Shown here: piece by piece, positions 34,112 to 44,085 of the stretch
Position numbering within the stretch: the first letter of the stretch is position 1
How the letters are laid out: every line of letters begins with the position of its first letter
IMG/VR virus record: IMGVR_UViG_3300015370_000002
Coordinates: 1-45,858 of that record
Direction: 5' to 3' (one strand)
From: a virus
Lineage: Duplodnaviria > Caudoviricetes
Length of the DNA stretch: 45,858 nt
Notes under the pieces: generated by a model
Told to the model about the DNA's origin: nothing
Seen by the model: only the letters and a program-made list of their open reading frames with translations
Database searches by the model: none
Made by a program: the position numbers and the translations under genes

Positions 34112-35671
34112 TTATTGCATTAATTTAGCAATCTCTTCATCACTTTTGCCTTCATCTCTGTATTTCTTTACTAGATCGTCTAAATAAGTTTTAAAATCCT
34201 TAGCTATTTTGTCCTCTTCGGTTTGTCTAACATCAAATATCTTAGAGTACTCTTTTCTTTCTTTACCCATGAACTTCAACTTTTGTTCATTAGTCAACTT
34301 ATCAGCTCCGCTTAAAACGTCATCTAAAGACTTATCGACCTTAACAGTGCCAGCCTTAGTATTAACATAATTAGGATTATTCGGATTTTTATATCCTTTG
34401 AATTTTGTATCAAAAGTAGTTGGATTCAAACCTTGTTGTACCCATGCTACTCTAGCTTTTTTATAATTGTCCGGAGAAATGAAACCATCATCACCAACAA
34501 TGGGGCCGCCAGTTTTAGGGTCTACCCCTGCGGTAATCTGTTCAATCATTTTAGCAACCGCGTCCTTTTCTGTAGTGTCTTTAGTACTCGCAGCTCTACC
34601 CTTGCCAATAGCGCCACCACTTGCCTTGCTAATGATATTACCTTCTTCATCAAGAGTAACATAAGTAACATTGCCATATGCGTCCTCTTCAGAGAATGTT
34701 TTATTTTTAACATCAGCAGTCTTCATGCCGGTATATTTATTTCCGCCTATGGTTATCTCCTCTCCCTCTGGTAATTTTAATAACAAGTTAAGTATGTTAG
34801 TAGCGGCTTTTACTTGTTCTGATTGTGACTTTGCATTAGCGGCAGATTGCGTGGCGGCTTTGTATTGTTCAGAGAAACCAGAGCCGTAAATCTCGTCTAT
34901 AGAAGCCATTAAATCATCAGGGATATCACCGCCTACAGTAGCAATCTCTTTTAGTTGGTCCATATAACCAGCTTGTGTCTTTCTTTGTTGCTCTGCCTGC
35001 ATTCTCCCTTCTTGTAACGACTGTAGCTGTTGATTATAGGATACTTGCTGGGCCTTAAAGCGAGTCTCTTCTAAATCTCTAATCTGCGCGTCAATCTTAT
35101 CAGCCATCTCGAAGTCAAGCTTAGCCATGGCGGTTGCTTTTGTCTCAGTATAAGTAGCGATATCAGCGTCTATATTACTTTGCATTTCAGCCATGAACTG
35201 CATGCGAGAAGATGACGCGCCAAGACCACGAGTTATCCCCAGCCTGGCTCCTGCTCCGCCTATCTCTTTTTCCCCTCGTTCTTTTCTCTGGCCTATAAGT
35301 TCATCATACTCAGCACCGATCATAGCCTTCATCTGTGCAAGCCTCTTGTCGCCCTCTGTTTGAAACTCTCCCTCTTCTTCGTCTGAGACTAAGTCATCAT
35401 AACTAGATAAAGGCTTTAACGGTACAGACGTTGAAATACCATCATTCTTTAAATTCTGGTTGATGGTTGGTTTCTGTGTGGGGTCGTCTCCCCTTTTCTC
35501 AAATTGTCCACCGCCTTTGTGCATAAAGCCACGACGACCTATCTCGTCAAGATACCTTTGGTTTTCCCATAGTTTTGGGTCATCAGCGACACTGCTCAAT
35601 TCGCCTGTGGTTAGGTCTTTCCATGTTTGCGCGTAATCTATACCGCCTTTGGAGTCTTTTATAACTGGCAT
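34112..35671 (-). CDS. Internal virion/ejection protein
   Basis: Helical Q/A/E-rich protein, GITRGLGASS segment, directly upstream of the giant gene. Confidence 0.6.
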   Translation of the reverse strand: MPVIKDSKGGIDYAQTWKDLTTGELSSVADDPKLWENQRYLDEIGRRGFMHKGGGQFEKRGDDPTQKPTINQNLKNDGISTSVPLKPLSSYDDLVSDEEEGEFQTEGDKRLAQMKAMIGAEYDELIGQRKERGEKEIGGAGARLGITRGLGASSSRMQFMAEMQSNIDADIATYTETKATAMAKLDFEMADKIDAQIRDLEETRFKAQQVSYNQQLQSLQEGRMQAEQQRKTQAGYMDQLKEIATVGGDIPDDLMASIDEIYGSGFSEQYKAATQSAANAKSQSEQVKAATNILNLLLKLPEGEEITIGGNKYTGMKTADVKNKTFSEEDAYGNVTYVTLDEEGNIISKASGGAIGKGRAASTKDTTEKDAVAKMIEQITAGVDPKTGGPIVGDDGFISPDNYKKARVAWVQQGLNPTTFDTKFKGYKNPNNPNYVNTKAGTVKVDKSLDDVLSGADKLTNEQKLKFMGKERKEYSKIFDVRQTEEDKIAKDFKTYLDDLVKKYRDEGKSDEEIAKLMQ

Positions 35672-35697
35672 AAAATTAATGGTTAATAACTTTATTC

Positions 35698-35722
35698 AAC
35701 TGCCCGATAAGCTCAGGCAGTT
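35698..35722 (-). terminator. Intergenic hairpin
   Basis: AACTGCC / GGCAGTT inverted repeat. Confidence 0.45.
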
Positions 35723-35736
35723 TAAAAGGTTATTGT

Positions 35737-37197
35737 TTAAAGTTCATACTCTATATAATTTTTCCATTGTGTCGCGTCTCCACCAGCATCAAGCCTAAAA
35801 TAATTATATGGTGGCACAATAAAAGTAATAGGGATTTCATTTCTAGTCTCAAAATAACCACCCGAAGTACCACCGTACGCTGACGCAACAGCTATGACAG
35901 TTGATGGTGTCGCTGTGGCATCCATTAAAACAGTAACAGTTGTTGTAGCTGATTGCGATGAGACTCCAAGATAAACAGTTGCTATTACCATTATTGAATG
36001 GTTTGAATTATTTTGATAATTCTGTGCGAAAGCCATAGTAGTAGATGCGGTAGGAGTATCAACTGTATGATAATGAAGTGTAGTGGAATTTCCTTCTACT
36101 AATGAAGCTGTACTAGTTCCTCCAACATACAATGTAGTAGCCTCTACTATACTTAATGTAGAACTTCCACTTACGGCCAAATCCGTAATAGTCGTAGTAG
36201 CCATTGTAGTTGTAGCTTGAAATGTATGTTGTGCTGTCCAAGTGGGTTCCATATCACCCCGTATTGATAATCCATTACTATCAGCATATAAAAAATTCGT
36301 ATTATAATCTACACCCAAAGATCCATCACTTTTAGCTTCTATTCCTTGTGTAGTGGAAGCATTGATATAAATTTTACTATCTGTTACTCCAATCCCTCTA
36401 GTGGAAGAAGCAGTAAGCACAGAGAATGTAGTTGAGGTAAAATTATAGCTATTAGTAAAACCATCTAATGACCACTGTAAGTTAGTCCCGCTTGATCGGA
36501 TACAATAACTTGTGCCATTAAAACACAAACCTTTAGTATTAGTATAATCCCATAGACCGGAAACTGTGTTTGCTCCAGCAATAGTATGATCGCCATCAAG
36601 AGTTAAATATTGCTGAGAAAGATAAGTATCAGTATTAGATATAATAACTGGTTCACCAGGACTATGCGCTTTTATATTGTCGCTTGAAGTTGCTGTTGGG
36701 TTATCAAATCTATAGCCAAACGTACAACCAGTGAAAGTCTTGGTGGAGGTTGTAAGCCCGGTACAAGAGACTATCTCCGAGTTGGAAGCTCCTGGGTTAA
36801 TAGACAGAACAATCAAATCACCCAACACAGAGGTTGCGAGTTCGTTGTCGTCCTTAGTGGTAATCGAGGTGACTTTTAGAGTAGTATCCGAATGGCCCTC
36901 TGTCTTCTGTTCACCTAAATTTGTTTTATATTCTGTCGGTCTTTTTGGAGTAGCACCCAAGAAAGACTCGACATTATTATCATATATCTCAACTAGGTAA
37001 TTATTTCCAATATCAATTTCGTCTCCTGTGTATATCAAATCAGGGTTTTTAATATTATTTATATTTACAAGATTGGTAACCGTAGTGCCAAATTTATCAG
37101 CGATGATAGAAAGAGTATCTCCACCCGCGATTTCATAAGCTTGAACTGATCCAACTATCAGTAACGAAGCTAGTATATACATTAAAGTTTTTCTCAT
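35737..37197 (-). CDS. Signal peptide, LysM domain and tail fibre/needle-like protein
   Basis: MRKTLMYILASLLIVGSVQA; YEIAGGDTLSIIADKFGTTVTNLVNINNIKNPDLIYTGDEI (LysM); EIVSCTG...AHSPGEPV tail motif; C-terminal TFIVPP. Confidence 0.8.
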   Translation of the reverse strand: MRKTLMYILASLLIVGSVQAYEIAGGDTLSIIADKFGTTVTNLVNINNIKNPDLIYTGDEIDIGNNYLVEIYDNNVESFLGATPKRPTEYKTNLGEQKTEGHSDTTLKVTSITTKDDNELATSVLGDLIVLSINPGASNSEIVSCTGLTTSTKTFTGCTFGYRFDNPTATSSDNIKAHSPGEPVIISNTDTYLSQQYLTLDGDHTIAGANTVSGLWDYTNTKGLCFNGTSYCIRSSGTNLQWSLDGFTNSYNFTSTTFSVLTASSTRGIGVTDSKIYINASTTQGIEAKSDGSLGVDYNTNFLYADSNGLSIRGDMEPTWTAQHTFQATTTMATTTITDLAVSGSSTLSIVEATTLYVGGTSTASLVEGNSTTLHYHTVDTPTASTTMAFAQNYQNNSNHSIMVIATVYLGVSSQSATTTVTVLMDATATPSTVIAVASAYGGTSGGYFETRNEIPITFIVPPYNYFRLDAGGDATQWKNYIEYEL

Positions 37198-37198
37198 A

Positions 37199-39052
37199 TT
37201 AAGATGTTATACCGAGTTCTTTTTGCTCAGTTGAATAAATATGCTGTTTAGCATTGTCTATATATAATGCATAGTAATCTACCACCACCTGCTGTCCGGA
37301 ATCTTCTGTCTCAAACTCTACCTGTAAGTTGCGCGCGTATATTGTTGGCAATGGAAATATAACCTCAAATGGATTCAGATCACCAATATCGTCCACAGTA
37401 CCGCCAAGAGGTTCGGTACCGAGAGCAAAGCCACCAAGCACATTTAGCTGTTGTTGCACTACATAATCACTATCAGTGCCATTAATTTCCATCTCTTGGG
37501 TACTTACACTACCATTAATACCATATTTAATCCTTATCTTAAGCTTAGTACCCGATGAAATAGCTCCTAGTATACCAATATGTGATGCTATCTTGCGCAT
37601 CCAAGGTTCACCAAAGGTTTCAATTCTCTCTGTTCTAACCCACTTATACGGTGCTCCATTCTTAGAATAGCCATCTAACGCCTTAAAGTTATCGCTTTGA
37701 AGTCCAGATCCGAAGTATAAATTGCCCTGATATATGCACATATCAGCTATATACCAGTCATGTAAACCTAGGTTTACAGCTAATCTACCTTTATCATTTC
37801 TAGACATCCAAACATTTATCCCCATGTTATTAACAGTTTGGTCATCATCAGACTTACCAGACATGAACCACACGCGGTCTTTTGTTAGATACTCAAGGCA
37901 GGCCTCATCCCAAACAAATTTTTTAATTGTTGGCCTCACACCATCAGTCAGATCCGTAACATTAAATACACCTTGGTCAGAAATCTGCGCTATATATTTA
38001 AGTCCACCGTTGGGAGTAATATACCACACTTGATCTCCCATCTTTCTGATTGCCTTCTGGTTAGAGCAACCCTCGTCTGCTATATCTTTTCTTAGTACTG
38101 TTCTTGTTGTCGCTGTTGGAAAATCAAATTTAAAAGCTATTATCTTCTTTTTACTAAAAACTAATATCCAATTATCAATATACGAAAGAGCTGTAATATC
38201 ACCATTCATCTGCGGAAAGTCTTCAAAGCCACCATCTGATGGATTCGCTCCACTCTCGCTTGTTAAATCTCCTATATCACAAAATGTAACTTGATTAGGC
38301 GTGGCTGTCATCCCAGCTTGGAATAATCTTGATTGTGTGCTTAATAATATAGAACTATTATCAAGTGCTGATAAGGTTGTGCTATCCACCTTTTGCGCTA
38401 CACCAGCACCGTCATCTTCGCCGGTTGGATTAGGAGTAACGCCAGTAAGAGTATTAGTAGACAACCCAGTATAAGCATAGGCTGTCCCATCTACAATCAC
38501 AGAGCCAGTTGAGGTAAAGCCTCTAGCAGAAGCCGTTGTGCTCCCATTCAAGACAATTGTTGTTGCAGTTGTTGAACCTATCTTGCCAAAAGCCCCATTC
38601 CATATTCTTCGAGTTTCAACTGCATTACCATAAACTAGTTGATCCGTACCAGTATCATTAAAAGGAGCAAAGCCAAAGTCAGCCAATTTAGTTGTCCCGT
38701 CAGACAATGTTCTTGACCTGGTTAAACTTCCTTCTAAAATACTCCATTCACCGTCTGCTGAATTTCTGGTGTCTTCTTTGTTTAAATATTCAAGTATATA
38801 ATTTGTTGCGTCATCTCTTACCTGTAACATAATCTCCACGCCATCACCTTTTATATAAGTATACTTCCTAACAATTGCATGAGCAGCATTCTCTTGGTTA
38901 CCAAACAAAGAATAGCCGGGCATAGGCGCGGCTTGAGATGACGAACCAAGATTAGAATTTAAAGAATACGCACACTCACCTTTTCCAAGCTCCGTGGCAT
39001 TTCTTAGACTGTTCATTGACCCGAATTTAGTTGTGTTGATCCATTTAGGCAT
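37199..39052 (-). CDS. Tail nozzle / packaged-DNA stabilisation protein (P22 gp10 / T7 tubular B-like)
   Basis: About 620-aa beta-propeller-like protein (GDITAL...ILVFSKK, EGCSNQKAI); follows the adaptor gene. Confidence 0.7.
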   Translation of the reverse strand: MPKWINTTKFGSMNSLRNATELGKGECAYSLNSNLGSSSQAAPMPGYSLFGNQENAAHAIVRKYTYIKGDGVEIMLQVRDDATNYILEYLNKEDTRNSADGEWSILEGSLTRSRTLSDGTTKLADFGFAPFNDTGTDQLVYGNAVETRRIWNGAFGKIGSTTATTIVLNGSTTASARGFTSTGSVIVDGTAYAYTGLSTNTLTGVTPNPTGEDDGAGVAQKVDSTTLSALDNSSILLSTQSRLFQAGMTATPNQVTFCDIGDLTSESGANPSDGGFEDFPQMNGDITALSYIDNWILVFSKKKIIAFKFDFPTATTRTVLRKDIADEGCSNQKAIRKMGDQVWYITPNGGLKYIAQISDQGVFNVTDLTDGVRPTIKKFVWDEACLEYLTKDRVWFMSGKSDDDQTVNNMGINVWMSRNDKGRLAVNLGLHDWYIADMCIYQGNLYFGSGLQSDNFKALDGYSKNGAPYKWVRTERIETFGEPWMRKIASHIGILGAISSGTKLKIRIKYGINGSVSTQEMEINGTDSDYVVQQQLNVLGGFALGTEPLGGTVDDIGDLNPFEVIFPLPTIYARNLQVEFETEDSGQQVVVDYYALYIDNAKQHIYSTEQKELGITS

Positions 39053-39054
39053 AT

Positions 39055-40338
39055 TTACCATTGTTTAGCGCTGATTCTTCCATTACTATTACCCTCTACT
39101 TCAAAAGTGTTTTTTTCTCTTGTCAGTGGGTTGCCCTCCTGCAATATAGCGAGAGGCAAGTCTGTTTTAATTTCAGTCATGACCCGGACATAATCATTGT
39201 TATTCTGCTCTTTTTGTGGCACAAGATACTTCAAAGAGAGATTAACAAACAAATTGAATAAATGATCCGGCAACAACAGCGTTTCAGTAGTCGCAACAGT
39301 GCCTGTAGTAAAATGGTCCTGCCAAGTGCCACCGGCGCTAACCATATAGGTAGAGAAATAAATCAATTCCATTTCTAGCGGATCATACATATCAATCTTA
39401 TCGATCCTTACATTAGAACTATCTGTCAACCCACTGGTGTATGTAACTCTAACTTCAAAATATTCTAAATCAGAACTATCTGGACTTCCAGTCTCTGTAG
39501 CGCCAGCCCAGTCGAAATTAACTCTATTCCAAGTATTTTGCCAGTCACCGCCGTCTGCTGGTGTGGTGACAGTTCTGGACCAGTAATTAGCCTTGGTGGC
39601 GGGTGTAGCAGAATCGTCAGAACCCCACACAAACGTCACAGAGCTGATTAGAGCGAGGTTAGCGGCTGATACGTTATGCAACCCGAGTGAAAGCCTAAAA
39701 TGGCCATATCCCTCAATATCGCTACCGTCTATTGATGTTGTAAAAACAGTTGATGTGTAAATCTCAGCATAGTTATTAGCTGACTGGCTAACATCTATAT
39801 TGAACTTCAATGAATTGCCATCTTTTCCACGATTTTCATCCAAAGTCAGTGTCGTAGCATCAGAATTTGTAGTTTCACTGGCCCAAGTTCTCCCATCAGT
39901 TAAACTATTCATCGAATCAACACCGGTGATACTATTTTTATAATGAGAAAGTACGCGCATTATCTTTGACCCTTCTCTATCTTCAAAATTCACCTTGTTG
40001 TCATGTATCTTTGATCCTTCAAGTACGGAGAAATCATTGGCGTCTATCTCCTCAAACTCTTTATAATGCCTATTGTTGTTATCGTTGACAAATCTCAAGT
40101 CTTTGAATGCCTTAAAATCACTAACACCGACGTTCGTTACCATAGAATAGTCAACCTCGTCAGTCAAATATTCAAAAAAAGCTCTCTTCTTTGTGAAATT
40201 CCAATTAGATTTTTGCTGTAAAAAATCAATGGCCCGGTTATAAGCACCGTATCTTGTGCCTTGAGACAATGGGGATTCGGTCAAATTTCTTAATTGTAAC
40301 TGTACCTCACTATCTATTTTTGCTGCTGTAATGGACAT
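39055..40338 (-). CDS. Head-tail adaptor (gp4/tubular A-like) with large inserted beta domain
   Basis: N-terminal YNRAIDFL...WNF and C-terminal LLLPDHL...LSL helices flank a lectin-like insert. Confidence 0.6.
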   Translation of the reverse strand: MSITAAKIDSEVQLQLRNLTESPLSQGTRYGAYNRAIDFLQQKSNWNFTKKRAFFEYLTDEVDYSMVTNVGVSDFKAFKDLRFVNDNNNRHYKEFEEIDANDFSVLEGSKIHDNKVNFEDREGSKIMRVLSHYKNSITGVDSMNSLTDGRTWASETTNSDATTLTLDENRGKDGNSLKFNIDVSQSANNYAEIYTSTVFTTSIDGSDIEGYGHFRLSLGLHNVSAANLALISSVTFVWGSDDSATPATKANYWSRTVTTPADGGDWQNTWNRVNFDWAGATETGSPDSSDLEYFEVRVTYTSGLTDSSNVRIDKIDMYDPLEMELIYFSTYMVSAGGTWQDHFTTGTVATTETLLLPDHLFNLFVNLSLKYLVPQKEQNNNDYVRVMTEIKTDLPLAILQEGNPLTREKNTFEVEGNSNGRISAKQW

Positions 40339-40360
40339 ATTTTTTAATTAATTTACTTAT

Positions 40361-40388
40361 CCTCATCTCCTGATTATTGGAGACGAGG
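40361..40388 (-). terminator. Hairpin after the lysis-like genes
   Basis: CCTCATCTCC / GGAGACGAGG with AT-rich extensions. Confidence 0.45.
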
Positions 40389-40396
40389 TAAATAAA

Positions 40397-40555
40397 CTAT
40401 TTGCCAGCTATGCCTATTCTTAAAGTAATTAAACCTAACCCTTCTAAAATTAGTTGATTATCGGCCTGTAAAATTCCTAATAAAATCATTAATGCACCTA
40501 CGATGAAAGTCTTTTTACCTTTTAGTATCTCTATAAACTTGTTTAGTTGCTCCAT
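40397..40555 (-). CDS. Holin-like small membrane protein (52 aa)
   Basis: Manual translation MEQLNKFIEILKGKKTFIVGALMILLGILQADNQLILEGLGLITLRIGIAGK; GKKT...LR.G motif with two hydrophobic segments. Confidence 0.65.
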   Translation of the reverse strand: MEQLNKFIEILKGKKTFIVGALMILLGILQADNQLILEGLGLITLRIGIAGK

Positions 40556-40564
40556 ATAAATTAA

Positions 40565-41575
40565 TTAAGAATTAATTACTATTTGTTTTCCTTTGTAATT
40601 AGAAGGAAATTTATCTAATTGTTTTCTTGGGATAGCTTTGCTGTAATCACCGTAAATAGCTTTTAGTGCATCACCGTCTGACCAAGCTAGGTATTCTCCC
40701 TCGTATTTCCCGCCAACAGCTAATGATAAAATTGATGAGCCTACCTGGATATGAGTTGCTGTTTCTTCGTTCTTTTTTTTTACTATAAGCATCATCTTCA
40801 TGGCGGCGTTAATCACATAATTTTTATCTAAAATCTTGGTATATGGATTGTAACTATCACCTACTACTACCTTTTCTGGAGTACCTCCATATAAAACCAT
40901 GGCGTGGTCGCTCTGTACTCTGCCACAAAACTCTACATTAGTATCCCAAGGACTACACACTGGTACTGCAATAACTGGTGGAGCTTCTAAAACATGAGAT
41001 AACATGTTCTTATAAAGGTCTTCTTTGTAAGCCTGTCTGCTATGGAATATCCATGAATATTCATTGCCAAAGTGTATAAGCCATTTTAACCCCAGTTGTT
41101 TCATTTCTAAGATTGGTTGTCTAAAAAAGTTTGCTTTACTTGAAAAATCATCTTTGTGCCTGCTCTCTGGTACTAATCCATAATGATTAATACTCCAAGC
41201 TACTTGTGTTAAAGAATTACCACTATCAGTAGTTCCTGACATTACAGCCTGAAAGCTCTCTGAATAGTTTACTTTGCCGTCTTCACCTATATAACCTTCA
41301 TCTTTTAAAAATTTGACTGTTTCTTCTGGTAATAGCCCATTCATTAATTGGTAATTGGTTTGAGTTTCCATCACCTCACAACTTGATTGGTTAGTACAAG
41401 TTGAAGTTTCGCCAGCCATACCACTTGCTTGATTCTCTGGTTTGCTTTTGTACTGTTCCCAGTCTTCCCACTTTTCTACTAAGTTGGGATATTCTGCACT
41501 CCAACCAGCTCCTAAATTGTAATCAGTATCTAGTACTTGTTCTATGACTGCTGATTTTGGTACTATTTTACTCAT
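40565..41575 (-). CDS. Papain-like (C1-type) cysteine peptidase
   Basis: ENQ...STCT (oxyanion Gln, catalytic Cys), YGLVPES, SDHAMVLYG (His), VGDSY. Confidence 0.7.
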   Translation of the reverse strand: MSKIVPKSAVIEQVLDTDYNLGAGWSAEYPNLVEKWEDWEQYKSKPENQASGMAGETSTCTNQSSCEVMETQTNYQLMNGLLPEETVKFLKDEGYIGEDGKVNYSESFQAVMSGTTDSGNSLTQVAWSINHYGLVPESRHKDDFSSKANFFRQPILEMKQLGLKWLIHFGNEYSWIFHSRQAYKEDLYKNMLSHVLEAPPVIAVPVCSPWDTNVEFCGRVQSDHAMVLYGGTPEKVVVGDSYNPYTKILDKNYVINAAMKMMLIVKKKNEETATHIQVGSSILSLAVGGKYEGEYLAWSDGDALKAIYGDYSKAIPRKQLDKFPSNYKGKQIVINS

Positions 41576-41654
41576 ATATTATTCTTAAAACTATTAAAGT
41601 CGCTAAAACTATTATTATTATCCAGCTTGCTTTGTGTAAAGCGTCTGGGTACAT
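41568..41654 (-). CDS. Single-TM micropeptide (28 aa)
   Basis: MYPDALHKASWIIIIVLATLIVLRIIYE; sits between two lysis-like genes. Confidence 0.45.
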   Translation of the reverse strand: MYPDALHKASWIIIIVLATLIVLRIIYE

Positions 41655-41655
41655 A

Positions 41656-41958
41656 CTATCTAAATAAAATCGCAGTCAACATTCCCACCCCCTGCAAAAT
41701 AATGAAACCACCTATTATCATCATCCACTTGATATTGCCTCGCATTTGGACTATATCTTTATTCATGTGGAATAAATGATTATTCATTATTTTACCTATC
41801 ATGCCTTTTAAATCCTCCATCTTTTTATCTAGTTTTTCCATTTTATTATCTGACGTACTCATATAATCATTAAACCTCTGAACGTCTATCTCAAAATCAC
41901 GTACCCTATTATGGTCTTCTTTTAACATCTTTAAAGTTTCGTCAGAGATTTGGTTCAT
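41656..41958 (-). CDS. Coiled-coil protein with C-terminal TM (XhlA/holin-like)
   Basis: NNHLFH motif, then KWMMIIGGFIILQGVGMLTAILF. Confidence 0.65.
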   Translation of the reverse strand: MNQISDETLKMLKEDHNRVRDFEIDVQRFNDYMSTSDNKMEKLDKKMEDLKGMIGKIMNNHLFHMNKDIVQMRGNIKWMMIIGGFIILQGVGMLTAILFR

Positions 41959-41959
41959 A

Positions 41960-42370
41960 TTAACAGTCACCTTTTTCTAGCCATTGGAAATACAAATCTT
42001 CAATAGGCACTCCTTCGCTAGCGTCTAATTCCATATAGCCATTGCATCTTTCTTTTTCGACCTTTTCTACTAATTCCATGTCATCATAACTGATGGCTTT
42101 CTTATCTTTAATATCCTTAAATACCTTAGCTTTCTTAACGTCATAATCACCTTTCTCAAAAGCCTGGCCATGCTTATCATAAACTAGGTAAGGTATCTCT
42201 TTCTTTTTACTTATCTTAACAGTTTCTCTTGCTACTTCTTTTTTACCCACGACAGGTTCTACTATCTGGTTCTTCTGCAAAATAATCCCTACACAAATCA
42301 AACCTAACACCAATCCTACAATTAAGATTATTACTTTTTCTTCTTTAATAAATTCTATTATTTTATTCAT
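41960..42370 (-). CDS. Membrane-anchored hypothetical protein
   Basis: VIILIVGLVLGLICVGIIL N-terminal TM. Confidence 0.65.
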   Translation of the reverse strand: MNKIIEFIKEEKVIILIVGLVLGLICVGIILQKNQIVEPVVGKKEVARETVKISKKKEIPYLVYDKHGQAFEKGDYDVKKAKVFKDIKDKKAISYDDMELVEKVEKERCNGYMELDASEGVPIEDLYFQWLEKGDC

Positions 42371-42376
42371 ATTAAT

Positions 42377-42940
42377 TTAATCATCAATACGTTTAAGATA
42401 CATTTGAACTGCTACGGGAGAAGCATGACCTACATTGCCATCATATTGCGAAGTAAGAGCATCGACTTTCATCTGCAATATTAACCAGTCATTAGCTGCT
42501 AAATCTACGACAAATGTATTAGCGATATTAAATCCCCAACCACCACCAGCTGCTTGCACAACTTGGCTACCCATAGCTGCTGTACTACTATTTACTACCA
42601 CTTGTGCAAAATGTGTATGAGGGTCTGTGTCTGCTATTCCATTAATTGAATAAGACACTTCATATTTACCTGCTATATCTACATATACATGGCTTGGATT
42701 AGTTGAAGTGCTGTGAGTAATATTATTTAATTCAACTTGACCACCTGTAAAATCAACATCTATATAACTTGTAGAGATACCAGTTACCTCTGCAATCCTA
42801 TATACCATCCCGTAGGCTGGTATTTGTGTTTTGGATGTAGCTCTCAAATATTGCCCACCAAAGATATGGTCAGCTAAAGATACTAATCCGCCAATGCTTA
42901 CTAAGGCTACTAGCCCGTATAATGCTATTTTTTTAATCAT
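42377..42940 (-). CDS. C1q/BclA-C-like domain protein with signal peptide, paralog 3
   Basis: NITHSTSTN...VDIAGKYEVSY...VVDLAANDWLIL. Confidence 0.75.
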   Translation of the reverse strand: MIKKIALYGLVALVSIGGLVSLADHIFGGQYLRATSKTQIPAYGMVYRIAEVTGISTSYIDVDFTGGQVELNNITHSTSTNPSHVYVDIAGKYEVSYSINGIADTDPHTHFAQVVVNSSTAAMGSQVVQAAGGGWGFNIANTFVVDLAANDWLILQMKVDALTSQYDGNVGHASPVAVQMYLKRIDD

Positions 42941-42944
42941 ATTT

Positions 42945-43517
42945 TTAATCATCTATACGTTTAATAACTATTTGTGCTGCCACTGGAGTATCTAAATTGG
43001 CTTCACCATCCCAGTCAGAAGCAGCTGCATTATCCGTTCTTCCTTGTAAAGTAAAGTAGTCATTAGCATTTAATTCCACTATAACAGTGTCTTCTAATAC
43101 AAAAGCATAACTAGCACCAGTTGATAATACTGTCCCACTACCTAATATTTCAGTACTATTATTTACTAATAACCTTGCATAAGTAGTGTGAACATTACTA
43201 TTGCAGAAACCATTTACCATGTATGATATTTCATATAACCCGTCTTGGTCTACTGTTATTTGCGCAGGATTTGTTGATGTGCTATGGGTAATACCTTGCG
43301 ATACCACACTTCCACCAGTAAATTCTGTGTCAGTCCATCCAGCATTAGTGAAACCAGCTTGCTCATCTAAACGATATATCATGGCGTAAACAGGAATTTG
43401 TGTCTTTGAAGTAAATCCTACCATCCTAGATTTGCCAAAGATGTGATCAGCTAAGGATATTAATCCACCTATACTTACTAGGGCTATTGCTCCGTATAAT
43501 ACTATTTTTTTAATCAT
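42945..43517 (-). CDS. C1q/BclA-C-like domain protein with signal peptide, paralog 2
   Basis: GITHSTSTN...ITVDQDGLYEISY...IVELNANDYFTL. Confidence 0.75.
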   Translation of the reverse strand: MIKKIVLYGAIALVSIGGLISLADHIFGKSRMVGFTSKTQIPVYAMIYRLDEQAGFTNAGWTDTEFTGGSVVSQGITHSTSTNPAQITVDQDGLYEISYMVNGFCNSNVHTTYARLLVNNSTEILGSGTVLSTGASYAFVLEDTVIVELNANDYFTLQGRTDNAAASDWDGEANLDTPVAAQIVIKRIDD

Positions 43518-43521
43518 ATTT

Positions 43522-44076
43522 TTAATCGTCTATTCTTACTATACTAAATGTCCCTGAATAATCAGGAGTAAAATCACTAGCAAAATCTTCTGTTACTATA
43601 TTGCCACCACTACCTGCGCACAATAATTCTACTGTATCACTAGCACTTAACCTAACAATAAAGCTGTGAGCAATGTCAGCAGCAAAGCCTGCCGTCAAAG
43701 TATGGGCAATAAAACCATCTTGCACCATAGTCCCATTTACTTCTACTTTACAAAAAGAATTTCTAATATTTGCAGAGAATAATCTCATGTGATAATTAAT
43801 CTGATATAAGCCACTTAAATCAACGGTTAATGTCCCGTTATTTGTACTTGTGCTGTGTGTTATGTTTAATAATTCTACTTGTGAATCCCATGTGCTAGTG
43901 CTATATGCAGTAGTAAAAGTTTGGTCATCTGTCTTATACACATGTGCATAAGCTGATATTTGTGTCTTTGAAGTAAAACCTAACATCCCACCACCAAAAA
44001 TACTACTACCTAATGAAAGTAAACCACCAATGGATATACACGTTATTCCTATGTAGATTAGTATTTTTTTAATCAT
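43522..44076 (-). CDS. C1q/BclA-C-like domain protein with signal peptide, paralog 1
   Basis: NITHSTSTN...LTVDLSGLYQINY...IVRLSASDTVEL. Confidence 0.75.
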   Translation of the reverse strand: MIKKILIYIGITCISIGGLLSLGSSIFGGGMLGFTSKTQISAYAHVYKTDDQTFTTAYSTSTWDSQVELLNITHSTSTNNGTLTVDLSGLYQINYHMRLFSANIRNSFCKVEVNGTMVQDGFIAHTLTAGFAADIAHSFIVRLSASDTVELLCAGSGGNIVTEDFASDFTPDYSGTFSIVRIDD

Positions 44077-44085
44077 ATTATTTTA

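Noticed and set aside
42377-44076. Diversity-generating retroelement or invertible shufflon acting on the C1q-like paralogs
   Set aside because: No reverse transcriptase or invertase gene; the paralogs differ throughout, not only at adenines, and share one orientation.
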